From positions 3,409 to 67,408 of the forward strand of contig CAZAUT010000004.1 in the NCBI GenBank assembly GCA_964488535.1: a DNA stretch of 64,000 bases, read 5' to 3'. The DNA is from an uncultured Gammaproteobacteria bacterium (lineage in GTDB: Bacteria; Patescibacteriota; Microgenomatia; UBA8517). Positions 46,101 through 56,341 of the stretch are shown here, one piece after another. A program made the translations under genes and the position numbers. Position 1 is the stretch's first letter. Every line of letters starts with the position of its first letter. Below the pieces are notes generated by a model. The model did no database searches and had not been told where the DNA came from. It worked only from the letters and a program-made list of their open reading frames with translations.

Positions 46101-46294
46101 GAAATTTGCTTTTTGGCATTTCACAGAGTATAATGGCGGTATCTCGCAGCATATGCGGGATTTTTTGTTGAGTAGACCGGTATGTCATTTGAGAATACCG
46201 TCTTAACAATTCCGTCGGGTTTTTACCCGACATTCTGTTTATTCAAGCATCTTAAGGAAGAGTTATAAACGGAAATCTCCCCAAAGAAGGAATT

Positions 46295-47020
46295 TTGGGG
46301 ACTATGATAAAAGTTACTCTAAATCTCCCTGCCAAGCGAAGGTTGGAACTTGTAGTGATAAGAAGCCGTTTGGCTAACCAAGAAACACCCCTGTTTCCGA
46401 ATTTCGGGGAAGTTTTGCGTTTTCGAAAAGGAAGTAAGCTCTCAAGAATCTTCAGGCATATTTTTGAAAACAAGAAGATTCAAAAAGTACTCGGAATAAA
46501 TTTAGCTATCACTTTCCTGACCACATCTTTAATGCAATTTCCAAAAGAAAACACTTTCGATAACACATATGAGGTCACAACCCAGGCACCGTTCGTTATA
46601 GAGACGGTGTCCAGTGTCCGTTATCCTCTTGATAAGATAAGCATTACACAAGGGTATAAAATGTTTCACCCGGGTATCGATTTCGACGGTATAACTGGCG
46701 ATCCGGTATACCCAATTATGAACGGAAAAGTCCTGGCAATAAACTACTCGAAATATGCATACGGCAATGCTGTTTTGATTAATCACGGAAGTGAAATTAC
46801 TTCTTTATACGCCCATTTATCCAAAATCAATGTCGTTGCAAACCAGGAGGTCGATACGCATACGATTATTGGAGAAATGGGGGCAACAGGGCGTTCATTC
46901 GGAGACCATCTGCATTTGGAAATTAGGGACAGCGGAAATCCCATTAATCCAATGAGCATACTTCCAAAAAACAACCAGCGGTATGAAAGACAAGAAATAT
47001 TGGCAACGGCTGTTCGGTGA
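46295..47020 (+). CDS. M23-family metallopeptidase (LytM-like)
   Basis: HxxxD HPGIDFDG, and HLHLEIR (HxH). Confidence 0.85.
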   Translation: MGTMIKVTLNLPAKRRLELVVIRSRLANQETPLFPNFGEVLRFRKGSKLSRIFRHIFENKKIQKVLGINLAITFLTTSLMQFPKENTFDNTYEVTTQAPFVIETVSSVRYPLDKISITQGYKMFHPGIDFDGITGDPVYPIMNGKVLAINYSKYAYGNAVLINHGSEITSLYAHLSKINVVANQEVDTHTIIGEMGATGRSFGDHLHLEIRDSGNPINPMSILPKNNQRYERQEILATAVR

Positions 47021-47183
47021 CAAAAATACCACACATTTTGATGTTTGACAAATATCGAATGCACCAAGTCTTTGTATACAACCTCTTAAATTGTAAATTT
47101 ATCTTTCACTAAACATACTTATTCTCAAATGCTTTGTTATTATTCAACAAGTGTGTTGACTTGTTTTTACCTTGGTGTACACA

Positions 47184-47621
47184 TCAACCGTCTAAACTCT
47201 TCCAGATATACCAAGAGGCAACTGTTCTGTAAGGCTTCCAGCAAAGGGAGAATTTAACCAATTTGTCACCCTCCAATTTCTTTACTGTTATCTTTTGCAC
47301 ACCCTTTTTTATACCCAAATCCCCGGCCGGAAACACATCTGCTCTTCCCAAAGTAAACATCATAAACATATGTGCCGTCCATTCCCCTATCCCCTTAACT
47401 TTAGTGAGTTCCTTCACAACTTCTTCATCCGACATGTTGTTGAGTTTTATTGTTTTAAAATTCCCGTTTTTAACTTTTTCAGCCAAGTCCTTAATACACG
47501 ACACTTTCCCCCAAGACATTCCACAGCTTCTCAACTCTTCATTTGACAATGACAAAACTTTATCCGGTGTTATTGTTCCCTTAAATTTACTTTTAAATCT
47601 CATAAAAATTACCCCCGCCAC
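47184..47621 (-). CDS. HhH-GPD base-excision glycosylase domain protein (AlkA-like, short)
   Basis: HhH-GPD motif VKGIGEWTAHMFMMFTLGRADVFPAGDLG. Confidence 0.55.
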   Translation of the reverse strand: MAGVIFMRFKSKFKGTITPDKVLSLSNEELRSCGMSWGKVSCIKDLAEKVKNGNFKTIKLNNMSDEEVVKELTKVKGIGEWTAHMFMMFTLGRADVFPAGDLGIKKGVQKITVKKLEGDKLVKFSLCWKPYRTVASWYIWKSLDG

Positions 47622-47893
47622 CCTTCCCGAAAGCTGTTACCCGACAATTTCTCTGATAATACTCAAAAAGTAATCTTAATGTTTTCTGGGGCGAATGTCA
47701 CAGTGTCCGTACTTTTGGATTAGCGGTGCAATATATTTGTCTTTTGACAGAAACTTCTCGACATCCTCCCACATAAGGAAATGATAAATAAGCGAAAAGA
47801 TATAAGCAATAAGCGACAGATTATGAGGATCTATAGGAGTTTAAGGGAGTTAAAGATACAATGTGTTTAGAAATTAGGAATTAGAAATTGAGG

Positions 47894-49525
47894 TTAGTAG
47901 TCCATTCCGCCCATACCGCCTGGAGGCATACCTGTTGGAGGAGATTTTTCTTCGGGTAGATCGGCAACCAAACCTTCTGTCGTCAAAACCATCATGGCAA
48001 CAGAGGCAGCGTTTTGCAAAGCCGAACGCGTAACTTTCAAAGGATCTAGAATTCCAAATCCCGTCATTGACCCGAATTCGCCGGTTAGTGCATTGTATCC
48101 GTAATCCGTATCTTTGGCGTCGAGAATTTTTCTGAGAACGTACCCGTCGTCTTCGCCCGCATTTCGTGCAAGCATTCTCACTGGCATTTCCAACGCACTT
48201 TTTACTATTTCGATACCTACTTTTTCGTCATCGTTAGTGCTTTTGAGTGAATCAAGCACTTTAATTGCCTTAATTAACGCTATTCCTCCGCCGGGAAGGA
48301 TCCCTTCCTCAACGGCTGCTTTTGTAGCTCCAACGGCGTCTTTAACTCTTTCCTTCTTGTCGTTTAATTCAACCTCGGTTGCAGCACCTACGTTGATTTG
48401 AGCAACACCTCCCGACAGTTTTGCCAGCCGCTCTTCCAGTTTTTCTCTGTCAAAGTCCGAATCTGTTTCGGAAATTTGCCTTTTGATCAGTGCAATTCTG
48501 GCTTTAATTTGCGCCTGTTCTCCTTTTCCTCCGATTATTCTCGCATTGTCTTTGTCCGCCCATACTTTGTCTGCACGACCAAGGTCGGTTACCTCCAAAT
48601 TCTCAAAAGTTCTTCCTGTGTCTTCGCTCAAAACCGTTCCGCCCGTCAGAACCGCAATGTCTTCAAGCATTTCTTTTCTCCTATCACCAAACCCCGGAGC
48701 TTTGATCGCAAGTACATTAAACGTTCCCTTTAATTTATTGACAACCAAAGTGGCCAAAGCTTCGCCTTCAACCTCGTCTGCAATGATAACCAAGGTTTTT
48801 GATACTTTTACAAACTTTTCAAGAAAAGGCAAAAGATCCTGAACAGAGGAAATTTTCTTGTCTGTTAAGAGAATATAGGGGTTATCAATTTCTGCTTCCA
48901 TTTTTTCCGGGTTGGTGACGAAGTATGCAGATACGTATCCGCGGTCAAATTCCATCCCCTCTTTGTATTCAATATCTATAGTCATACCCTTACCCTCCTC
49001 GACCGTAACAACTCCGTCACGACCTACTTTGTCGAGCGCCTCGGCTATGGTTGCGCCTATCGTTGTGTCACCGGCAGAAATAGTTGCCACCTGGGTTATT
49101 TCCTCTTTATTCTTAATGGGTTTGGCAATTTTCTTGAGCTCGGAAACGACAGATTCAACCGCCTTTTCAATGCCTTTTTTAACGATCATCGGATTTGCAC
49201 CTGCCGTAATATTTTTCATTCCGGCTGAAGTTATTGCTTGGGCAAGAAGAGTCGCTGTTGTTGTCCCGTCACCCGCTACGTCGTTGGTTTTGCTGGCTGC
49301 CTCTTTCACAAGCTGCGCTCCCATGTTTTCAAACGGATCCTTAAGTTCAATATCTTTGGCAACGGTGACTCCATCATGTACAATGTTTGGCGCACCCCAC
49401 TTTTTGTCCAGAGCAATATTTCTTCCTTTCGGGCCAAGAGTTGTAACGACTGCTTTTGCCACAATATCAATTCCTTTTAACAAGGACTGTCTTGCGTCGT
49501 CTGAAAATTTTAGTTGCTTGCTCAT
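47894..49525 (-). CDS. groEL: chaperonin GroEL
   Basis: [12 protein letters not shown]...GPKGRNIAL...ATISAGD...C-terminal GGMGGMDY. Start placed at MSKQLKF. Confidence 0.95.
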   Translation of the reverse strand: MSKQLKFSDDARQSLLKGIDIVAKAVVTTLGPKGRNIALDKKWGAPNIVHDGVTVAKDIELKDPFENMGAQLVKEAASKTNDVAGDGTTTATLLAQAITSAGMKNITAGANPMIVKKGIEKAVESVVSELKKIAKPIKNKEEITQVATISAGDTTIGATIAEALDKVGRDGVVTVEEGKGMTIDIEYKEGMEFDRGYVSAYFVTNPEKMEAEIDNPYILLTDKKISSVQDLLPFLEKFVKVSKTLVIIADEVEGEALATLVVNKLKGTFNVLAIKAPGFGDRRKEMLEDIAVLTGGTVLSEDTGRTFENLEVTDLGRADKVWADKDNARIIGGKGEQAQIKARIALIKRQISETDSDFDREKLEERLAKLSGGVAQINVGAATEVELNDKKERVKDAVGATKAAVEEGILPGGGIALIKAIKVLDSLKSTNDDEKVGIEIVKSALEMPVRMLARNAGEDDGYVLRKILDAKDTDYGYNALTGEFGSMTGFGILDPLKVTRSALQNAASVAMMVLTTEGLVADLPEEKSPPTGMPPGGMGGMDY

Positions 49526-49529
49526 AAAA

Positions 49530-49847
49530 TTACGCTGTAACAACGGCGAGGATGTCTTCGTACTTTGAAAACAGATATTCCACTCCGTCAATCTTTACTT
49601 CGTTTCCACCCCACTTTTTGTAAATTACAACATCGCCTGTTTTTGCGGGGGCCTTTCTTTTTGTTCCATTATCCAATATTTCGTCTTCTCCGACAGCCAA
49701 TACTTTTCCTTTTTGCGGTTTTTCGTTTGCCGAGTCGGGAAGGTAAATTCCTGAAGAAGTTTGTGTTTGGGCTTCCATGGGCAAGATTACCAAATATCCG
49801 GGAGCCGGTTGAAGATTTATTTTGTTTGATGCTTTTGCTGTTTTCAT
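49530..49847 (-). CDS. groES: co-chaperonin GroES
   Basis: Lies immediately upstream of groEL. Mobile-loop and roof motifs IYLPDSA...GKVLAVGE...[11 protein letters not shown]. Confidence 0.9.
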   Translation of the reverse strand: MKTAKASNKINLQPAPGYLVILPMEAQTQTSSGIYLPDSANEKPQKGKVLAVGEDEILDNGTKRKAPAKTGDVVIYKKWGGNEVKIDGVEYLFSKYEDILAVVTA

Positions 49848-50085
49848 ATAATTAGCATTCTGTCTTTGCGAGTGCTATTTTATAGAAGGGGCTAAAAGGT
49901 TGTCAAGAGGGAAAATTGTAAGGAAATCTGTCGGACGTAAATTAAGTGTAGGTAATTTTTTAAAAATTTGGAGGGCAGATATGTGTCTTATGTGTTATAC
50001 GCGGTGTTTAGGACAAGGCGACATGTGTTTTCGTCTCCCCATATATCCCGTTGTTCGCATCTCGTATTCTTTGTTGCGGATTGCC

Positions 50086-51555
50086 TTATTTACTGACACC
50101 ATAAGGTGAAAGCCCTGTTCTTATTTCTGAAGAGAGATTTTTCAAGGTTTTTACATAATCCGTCCCTCCGCCTTTGGACAATCCATCTATAACTTTTTTG
50201 TACGCAGCGTTCACAACGCTGTTAATCCCTTTTTCTCCGTCATACGTTTTGTCGGCCAAGTACCACGACGACGCTACGGGTGCTAAAGCAATTATTGAAC
50301 CATAATATCTGTCGTTAATTAACTTATCCTTATAAAATATCTTTGCAGAAGCCGGAGGAACGAGCCCGATGTCCTTATAATATTGCGACATTTTGTCAAA
50401 GGTGTCGTTTTGTGATAAATATATAAGAAAGCTCCACGCGAGTTCCCTGTCTTTCGATTTGTTTGATACAGCTCTTGCCCAGTATGTTGCATATGATACG
50501 TCGGGTTCGCTTGGATCGTCCTTTCTGACCTGAGGTAGCAAAACAGAGCGAAACTTCAGCGACGGATTAATCTCCTTTATTTTGTTAACTTCCCTTCCGG
50601 GAGCAAAATACATTGCAACCTTTCCTTCCGCGAACGCCGTTGTGGAATCCGGAAGTGTATTGTCCCAGGTCTTATGGTTTCTGAAAAATTCGGTGAACGT
50701 CTTCATCGCTTCGTTCGAATTAGATCCGGAGGGAGAAAAGAGATCCGACTTGTTTTGGAGCATAAGAAGAGCCACAATCTCCTGCCAATAATCAACGTTG
50801 TCGGTTAAGCCCATTGACGATCCGGACTGCAATATTGTACTTTTGCTGTCCCGTGTTGTTAAATTAATCGCTGTTTCAACAAATTGATCCCAGGTTCTTG
50901 GGTGAATGCTTGCAGATCTTAAAAATATATCGTCGTTTATGAAAAGTGTTATTGCGTCGAACTCGGAAGGCAGAGCAACAATCCCCTCCGGAGTTGCAAG
51001 ATCCTTTGTAATAACAGGATAATATTCTTTTATAAAAGAATCTTTGCTGTAAGCATTTTCCGTCAAAACATCCATATATTTATACATTGCAGGTTTCCAG
51101 CTGTTATGAATGGAAAAGATATCCGGCCCCCTTCCCTCTTTCAGTGAATTTGTAAGCCTTTCACCAAAATCGGTCTCTGATTGGGTTATTAGAGTAATTT
51201 TTGCTCCGGGATTTCCGGCAACATATTCATCGATGAGTTTTTGCATCACAGCCTCATTCCCTCCAAGCTCCCACCATACAATTTCACCCTTTTTCTGGCT
51301 GGTTGGATTTTTGGAAAAAGGGTTATTTTTCAGAAAAATATACGCCAGGGGAATGAGTAAAACTATCAATGAAAAAAAAGGTATAAATTTCTTGTATATT
51401 TTACCGAAGGAAAATTTCGGACGGGGACGGTAAATAAACTCTTCATGTTTCTGAAGGGGTGGCACAGAGCCTTCCGGCGGAGTGTGCGACACTGCGGAAG
51501 CTGTTCCCAAAGGCTCGCTTTTGTTCTGATTTAATGTAGAATTTGAATTATCCAT
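50086..51555 (-). CDS. membrane-anchored extracellular solute-binding protein (SBP_bac_1-like)
   Basis: N-terminal low-complexity region plus transmembrane segment, then a periplasmic-binding-protein type II-like region (GEIVWWELGG...ITLITQSETDFGERL...). No adjacent permease or ATPase genes. Confidence 0.5.
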   Translation of the reverse strand: MDNSNSTLNQNKSEPLGTASAVSHTPPEGSVPPLQKHEEFIYRPRPKFSFGKIYKKFIPFFSLIVLLIPLAYIFLKNNPFSKNPTSQKKGEIVWWELGGNEAVMQKLIDEYVAGNPGAKITLITQSETDFGERLTNSLKEGRGPDIFSIHNSWKPAMYKYMDVLTENAYSKDSFIKEYYPVITKDLATPEGIVALPSEFDAITLFINDDIFLRSASIHPRTWDQFVETAINLTTRDSKSTILQSGSSMGLTDNVDYWQEIVALLMLQNKSDLFSPSGSNSNEAMKTFTEFFRNHKTWDNTLPDSTTAFAEGKVAMYFAPGREVNKIKEINPSLKFRSVLLPQVRKDDPSEPDVSYATYWARAVSNKSKDRELAWSFLIYLSQNDTFDKMSQYYKDIGLVPPASAKIFYKDKLINDRYYGSIIALAPVASSWYLADKTYDGEKGINSVVNAAYKKVIDGLSKGGGTDYVKTLKNLSSEIRTGLSPYGVSK

Positions 51556-51706
51556 ACTTGTTCACATCAATGTTAACATAAGATGAATAAAAGAGGGAAG
51601 ATGGCAAGACGTATGGAAAGAAACAAAGATGCCGTAGCGTTGCCGGGAAAGCAATGTTTTTGTTAATTGTCCTTTATCGGGCATTGTGTACTAAGTTAAA
51701 GAAAAT

Positions 51707-53491
51707 ATGAATTCGAAATTAAACGAAAAACCAATTATTCATCAGGCGACTATTATGAAAACAAGAACAGCGTCGTCTTTTATTTTTACTGTTTCGACAT
51801 TGTTTATCTTGTTGGTCGTTGTTTCGATTACTTCCATCGAGCTGTTTTATAGGACGAAATACAAAAACGTCATTTCACCCAATGTGTCATTCTGGGGACA
51901 AGATGTATCAGGGTATTCTTACGTTGAGTTTTTGCCGTTTATTGAATACCCCGAACGGATGACAATTAATGTAGCTATAAATTCGGACAGCTATCCTCTC
52001 TCCTTAAACGATATATATTACTCCGTTAAGACTGATGAAAATTGGGCGAATATATATGTTCAAAAAAAAGATTATCTGAAAAATCCCTTAAGTATATCCG
52101 TATCTGCAATCGGTCGCTTTCTTTACATTAATCCCATTTTGTCATACGATAAAACTGCTTTATATAACGAAATTGATAAAATATCTTCAATTGCATTCGG
52201 CGACACGGTGTTTGAAGAAATTGTTCTGAAAGAAGGAAGCGTGTCCTTTACCCAAGGAAAAGACGGCCATGTCCTCGACAAGAAACTTTTTGAGGAACGT
52301 TTTCTTGAAAGTATATATGACAAAAGTTACGCTTTTAGCATGGTTCCAACGCCGGTCAATTCAAAAATGTCGGATGAAAAAAAACACGCGGCAGCTCTTG
52401 TTGCCAAATCTCTTACCGGAAAATCGATAAAGATTATCTTTGAAAATAAGGAATATGAAATCTTAGACACAGCGCTTGTCGCAACGCTTAACGATAACCA
52501 GGTCAATGGAGAAAAATATATAAATGAAATTTTAAATAAAATTTCGGACAATTTTAACCGTCCGGCAAAAGATTCTGTCTTTGTCTTCGAAAACGGCCGG
52601 GTAACTGAGTTTACCCCGTCGGAAACCGGAATAAAAGTTATAATACCCCAACTAAAAAATACAGTTTTGACAACAAGAGATGTTCTTTCTGCATCCGATA
52701 AAAAAAGTGTCGTTATCGATCTTCCTTATGTCAAAGACGAACCAAAAGTTTCAACCGAAAATATAAATAATTACGGTATTAAGGAAAAAATCGGGTCCGG
52801 AATTTCATATTTCAGAGGCTCAATACCGTCAAGAATTCATAATATACGCCTTGCCTCTTCAAAATTTAACGGCGTAATGATCGCGCCAAACGAAACGGTT
52901 TCTTTTAATCAAACACTGGGGGACGTTTCCAAAGTTACGGGCTATCAGCAGGCGTATATAATAAAGGACGGGCAAACAATCCTTGGGGACGGTGGCGGTG
53001 TTTGCCAGGTATCAACAACTTTTTTCCGCGCAGCGCTAAACGCCGGCTTAGCAATTACAGAAAGGCGCGGTCATTCTTACAGAGTTTCTTATTACGAACA
53101 ATCGTCCCCGCCCGGGATTGACGCAACGGTTTTTGATCCATCTACAGATCTCAAAATTCTTAATAATACAGACAACCATATTTTGATTCAAACGTTCTTG
53201 GATGAAAAAGGCAACTCTTTGATATTTGATCTATATGGAACAAAAGACGGAAGAACGGTTTCTATGTCGAAACCCGTAGTCAAAGACCAGGTTTCTCCGC
53301 CCGAAGATCTTTATATTGACGATCCGACTCTTTCTGTCGGAACGGTCAAACAAATTGACTATAAAGCCTGGGGTGCAAAAGTATATTTTAATTACAAAGT
53401 TGAAAAAGAAGGCACCGTAATTTTTGAGAAAATTTTCTACACAACCTATCAGCCGTGGCAAGCGAAATATTTAAAAGGGACTGGAGTTTAA
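51707..53491 (+). CDS. VanW-family protein
   Basis: C-terminal VanW core ...GYQQAYIIKDGQTILGDGGGVCQVSTTFFRAALNAGL...ERRGHSYRVSYYE. N-terminal transmembrane anchor. Confidence 0.65.
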   Translation: MNSKLNEKPIIHQATIMKTRTASSFIFTVSTLFILLVVVSITSIELFYRTKYKNVISPNVSFWGQDVSGYSYVEFLPFIEYPERMTINVAINSDSYPLSLNDIYYSVKTDENWANIYVQKKDYLKNPLSISVSAIGRFLYINPILSYDKTALYNEIDKISSIAFGDTVFEEIVLKEGSVSFTQGKDGHVLDKKLFEERFLESIYDKSYAFSMVPTPVNSKMSDEKKHAAALVAKSLTGKSIKIIFENKEYEILDTALVATLNDNQVNGEKYINEILNKISDNFNRPAKDSVFVFENGRVTEFTPSETGIKVIIPQLKNTVLTTRDVLSASDKKSVVIDLPYVKDEPKVSTENINNYGIKEKIGSGISYFRGSIPSRIHNIRLASSKFNGVMIAPNETVSFNQTLGDVSKVTGYQQAYIIKDGQTILGDGGGVCQVSTTFFRAALNAGLAITERRGHSYRVSYYEQSSPPGIDATVFDPSTDLKILNNTDNHILIQTFLDEKGNSLIFDLYGTKDGRTVSMSKPVVKDQVSPPEDLYIDDPTLSVGTVKQIDYKAWGAKVYFNYKVEKEGTVIFEKIFYTTYQPWQAKYLKGTGV

Positions 53492-53622
53492 ATATTTCAC
53501 TCAGGCACGCTCTACGTGTCAAGCGAGGTTTTAAAAAGGAATTGGGACGCAACTATCAAGATGAATAAGTTAAATAAGTTAACTAAGTGACTAAGTAACC
53601 AACCAAGCAACTATTAACCCCC

Positions 53623-54705
53623 TTGCGTTATAATATCCTCATGCGTACAGTAAAAATAAAAGATGTTGTCGTCGACGACGTTGTTGATGTACTAAAAAAA
53701 GGCGGGTTGATAATTTATCCGACGGAAACATTGTACGGCGCCGGTGTTGACGCAACAAATCCTGATTCTGTTAGAAAACTCAATTCATTCAAAAAAAGAC
53801 CCGCCGGCAAACCCTATTCCGTTGCCGTATCGGACATTAAAATGGCAGGGGAATATGTGGAAATCAACCGCACGGCAAGAAACATATATAAGTCGTTTCT
53901 TCCAGGACCTGTAACGGTAATATCAAAAGGAAAGGGTGCCGTGGCCAAGGGCGTTGAATCCGAAACAGGAACGTTAGGCATCAGAATACCTGACCATAAA
54001 TTAATCACTTCTATTATCAAAAAATTCGGCAGGCCGATTACGGCAACATCGGCAAACGCAAGTTATAAAAAACGTCCGTATAAAATATCAGACATTTTGG
54101 AAAATATCACAATACGGCAAATAAATTTGATAGATCTTGTAATCGATGCGGGAGAGCTTGCTCTTAATGATCCATCAACGGTAATCGATACAACCGGCGA
54201 CGATCTTACAACCCTTCGGCAGGGGAAAATATTTTTTTCAAAAGGCAATCAAATAATGTCCCGGTCTGATAATGACACAAAAAATTTTGCAAAAGAACTT
54301 TGGCAAAAATACCAGAAGTTCCAAAACACAAGGGCAATCATTTTTGCACTGACGGGAGAAATGGGTGCCGGAAAAACAATCTTTACAAAAGGTTTGGCAA
54401 AAGCCATGGACATTAATGAAATTATTACATCACCGACTTTTAATCTGCAAAACGCTTACCGGTCAAGTGTAACGGGCAACAGGTTGTTGCACATCGACAC
54501 TTGGCGAATTTCGGAACCGTCAGAAATTAATGATTTGGATTTTGTCAAAAGTATTTCCGACAGGTCGGTTGTTGCAATCGAATGGGCCGACAAAATTGTT
54601 GACGAAATTAAAAGACATAAAGAAGACGCTGTAATTATTTGGGTGAAAATTGAGTTTTGTAAAAAAGAGAATGAAAGAAAGATTGGATGGAAGGTAGCCA
54701 ATTAG
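53623..54705 (+). CDS. TsaC/Sua5/YrdC - TsaE fusion protein (t6A tRNA modification)
   Basis: N-terminal YrdC fold (IIYPTETLYGAGVDATN...KPYSVAVSD). C-terminal TsaE/YjeE P-loop ALTGEMGAGKTIFTKG plus SPTFNL and HIDTWR. Confidence 0.7.
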   Translation: MRYNILMRTVKIKDVVVDDVVDVLKKGGLIIYPTETLYGAGVDATNPDSVRKLNSFKKRPAGKPYSVAVSDIKMAGEYVEINRTARNIYKSFLPGPVTVISKGKGAVAKGVESETGTLGIRIPDHKLITSIIKKFGRPITATSANASYKKRPYKISDILENITIRQINLIDLVIDAGELALNDPSTVIDTTGDDLTTLRQGKIFFSKGNQIMSRSDNDTKNFAKELWQKYQKFQNTRAIIFALTGEMGAGKTIFTKGLAKAMDINEIITSPTFNLQNAYRSSVTGNRLLHIDTWRISEPSEINDLDFVKSISDRSVVAIEWADKIVDEIKRHKEDAVIIWVKIEFCKKENERKIGWKVAN

Positions 54706-54738
54706 ACCAATTGGTTCAATTTGACCAATTAGACAAAT

Positions 54739-55944
54739 ATGACAAACACAAACCCCGTTATTTTATCAATCGACACATCTTGTGATGAAACTTCTGCAGC
54801 CGTTACGGACGGATTGACCGTTTTATCAAATGTTGTCTGGTCGCAATCAAAAATTCACGCAAAATTTGGCGGGGTCGTCCCTTCGGAAACAAGACGTCAA
54901 CATGAAAGAAAAATTTTTTGGGTCGTCGATAAAGCCGTAAATACGGCGAATATTACGTATCATAAAATTGATGCCTTTTCCGTCACCGTCGGGCCGGGAC
55001 TCGCAATTGCGTTAGGTGTCGGAATAAATTATGCAAAAAAGTTGGCTGAAAAATATTCCAAACCATTAATCGCAGTAAATCACCTTGAGGGACATCTTTT
55101 TTCAGCATTAGCTGAAAAAAGAAAACATGAAACAGAAAACAATAAACCCTCCTTCATCCCGCTAAGCGGGACATCGGGTGGGCAAAGCAATAAGCGAGGG
55201 GTGGAAAATATTCAAGACATAATTAGCAATTTTTCCGACATACTACATACTACACACTATACACTACCCGGGTTTCCTTCCTTCGGTATAGTTGTTTCAG
55301 GCGGAAACACACTTCTTGTTTTGATCAAAAAAATCGGAAAATACGAAGTGCTTGCGCAAACGTTGGATGACGCTTTGGGAGAATCGCTTGACAAATCGGC
55401 CCGGCTTTTAGGGCTGGGTTACCCCGGAGGTGCTGTTTTGGAAAAATTTGCACTGCTTGGAGACCCCCACGTGTTCAAACTTCCAATACCTATGTTGGGG
55501 CGTGAACACGAAGGTTATTACAGTTACTCGGGAATCAAAACCGCATTTTCCCGACTTTACAATTCTCTTTTGCTAAGTAACAAAGTAACCAAAAATACAA
55601 TCTACAATCTGGCCGCCTCCTACCAAAATGTTGCCTTTACACATTTTTTCAGAGTTTCTGAAAAAACAATTTCTGCCGCTATCCCGATATACAATATACA
55701 AAATACAAAATACTTATTTGTGGGTGGTGGCGTTGCGGCAAACGTTGAATTTCGAAAAAGGGTTCGGGTCATGTGCAAAAAACTTGGTCTTACTCCCCTA
55801 TTTCCTTACTCCAAAAAACTGTACGGGGACAACGCGGCGATGATTGGCGTGGTTGCGTATTTTAAATATTTAAAGAAGGAGTTTATAAAACCAGATAAAA
55901 TTGACCGCTTGCCTAATTTTAAGATTGGGGAAGGATTGTGTTAA
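54739..55944 (+). CDS. tsaD: tRNA N6-adenosine threonylcarbamoyltransferase TsaD (Kae1/Gcp)
   Basis: ILSIDTSCDETSAAV, HLEGHL, VVSGGNT and GVAANV motifs. It has an insertion of about 45 aa between HLEGHL and the VSGG motif, which coincides with a GC-rich hairpin repeat and a TACTACA microsatellite. Confidence 0.8.
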   Translation: MTNTNPVILSIDTSCDETSAAVTDGLTVLSNVVWSQSKIHAKFGGVVPSETRRQHERKIFWVVDKAVNTANITYHKIDAFSVTVGPGLAIALGVGINYAKKLAEKYSKPLIAVNHLEGHLFSALAEKRKHETENNKPSFIPLSGTSGGQSNKRGVENIQDIISNFSDILHTTHYTLPGFPSFGIVVSGGNTLLVLIKKIGKYEVLAQTLDDALGESLDKSARLLGLGYPGGAVLEKFALLGDPHVFKLPIPMLGREHEGYYSYSGIKTAFSRLYNSLLLSNKVTKNTIYNLAASYQNVAFTHFFRVSEKTISAAIPIYNIQNTKYLFVGGGVAANVEFRKRVRVMCKKLGLTPLFPYSKKLYGDNAAMIGVVAYFKYLKKEFIKPDKIDRLPNFKIGEGLC

Positions 55945-56306
55945 TAAATTAATTTCAGTGAACTTCTCAACATCCTCTGACATCTTGTAGGGTTTACTTT
56001 TCTTTCTTCCACCATCCTCCAAAATTCACTAAGGTCTGTAATTCCTTCGTACGTAAGAGTTGTGTCAATGTTAATTTCACCTGGGACAGTAAAGGCTTCT
56101 CTGTATCCCGATTTGGCCCTTTTAAGTTTAATGTGTATATTTTTTTCTTTTAAGCTTCTGTCGCGAGAAACCAATATTGCTGCCGCAAGCGTACTGGAAT
56201 GAAATTCTCCTTCAATCTTATTTTCTTTCATAATTTTCCCTATAATACTCTCTCTCTGCAAAATGCAAATTGAGGTGGTAAAATACGAAAATTGACAGTG
56301 TATCAA
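55941..56306 (-). CDS. hypothetical protein
   Basis: ORF only. Its 3' end overlaps the tsaD stop. Confidence 0.25.
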   Translation of the reverse strand: MIHCQFSYFTTSICILQRESIIGKIMKENKIEGEFHSSTLAAAILVSRDRSLKEKNIHIKLKRAKSGYREAFTVPGEINIDTTLTYEGITDLSEFWRMVEERKVNPTRCQRMLRSSLKLIY

Positions 56307-56341
56307 GTATCATGTATCAAGTATCATGAAATTATTACGTT

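Noticed and set aside
47184-47621. Possible truncated pseudogene of AlkA (only 145 aa)
   Set aside because: The HhH-GPD catalytic domain appears intact, and stand-alone short HhH-GPD glycosylases exist. There is no clear frameshifted N-terminal remnant upstream, so it is kept as a CDS.
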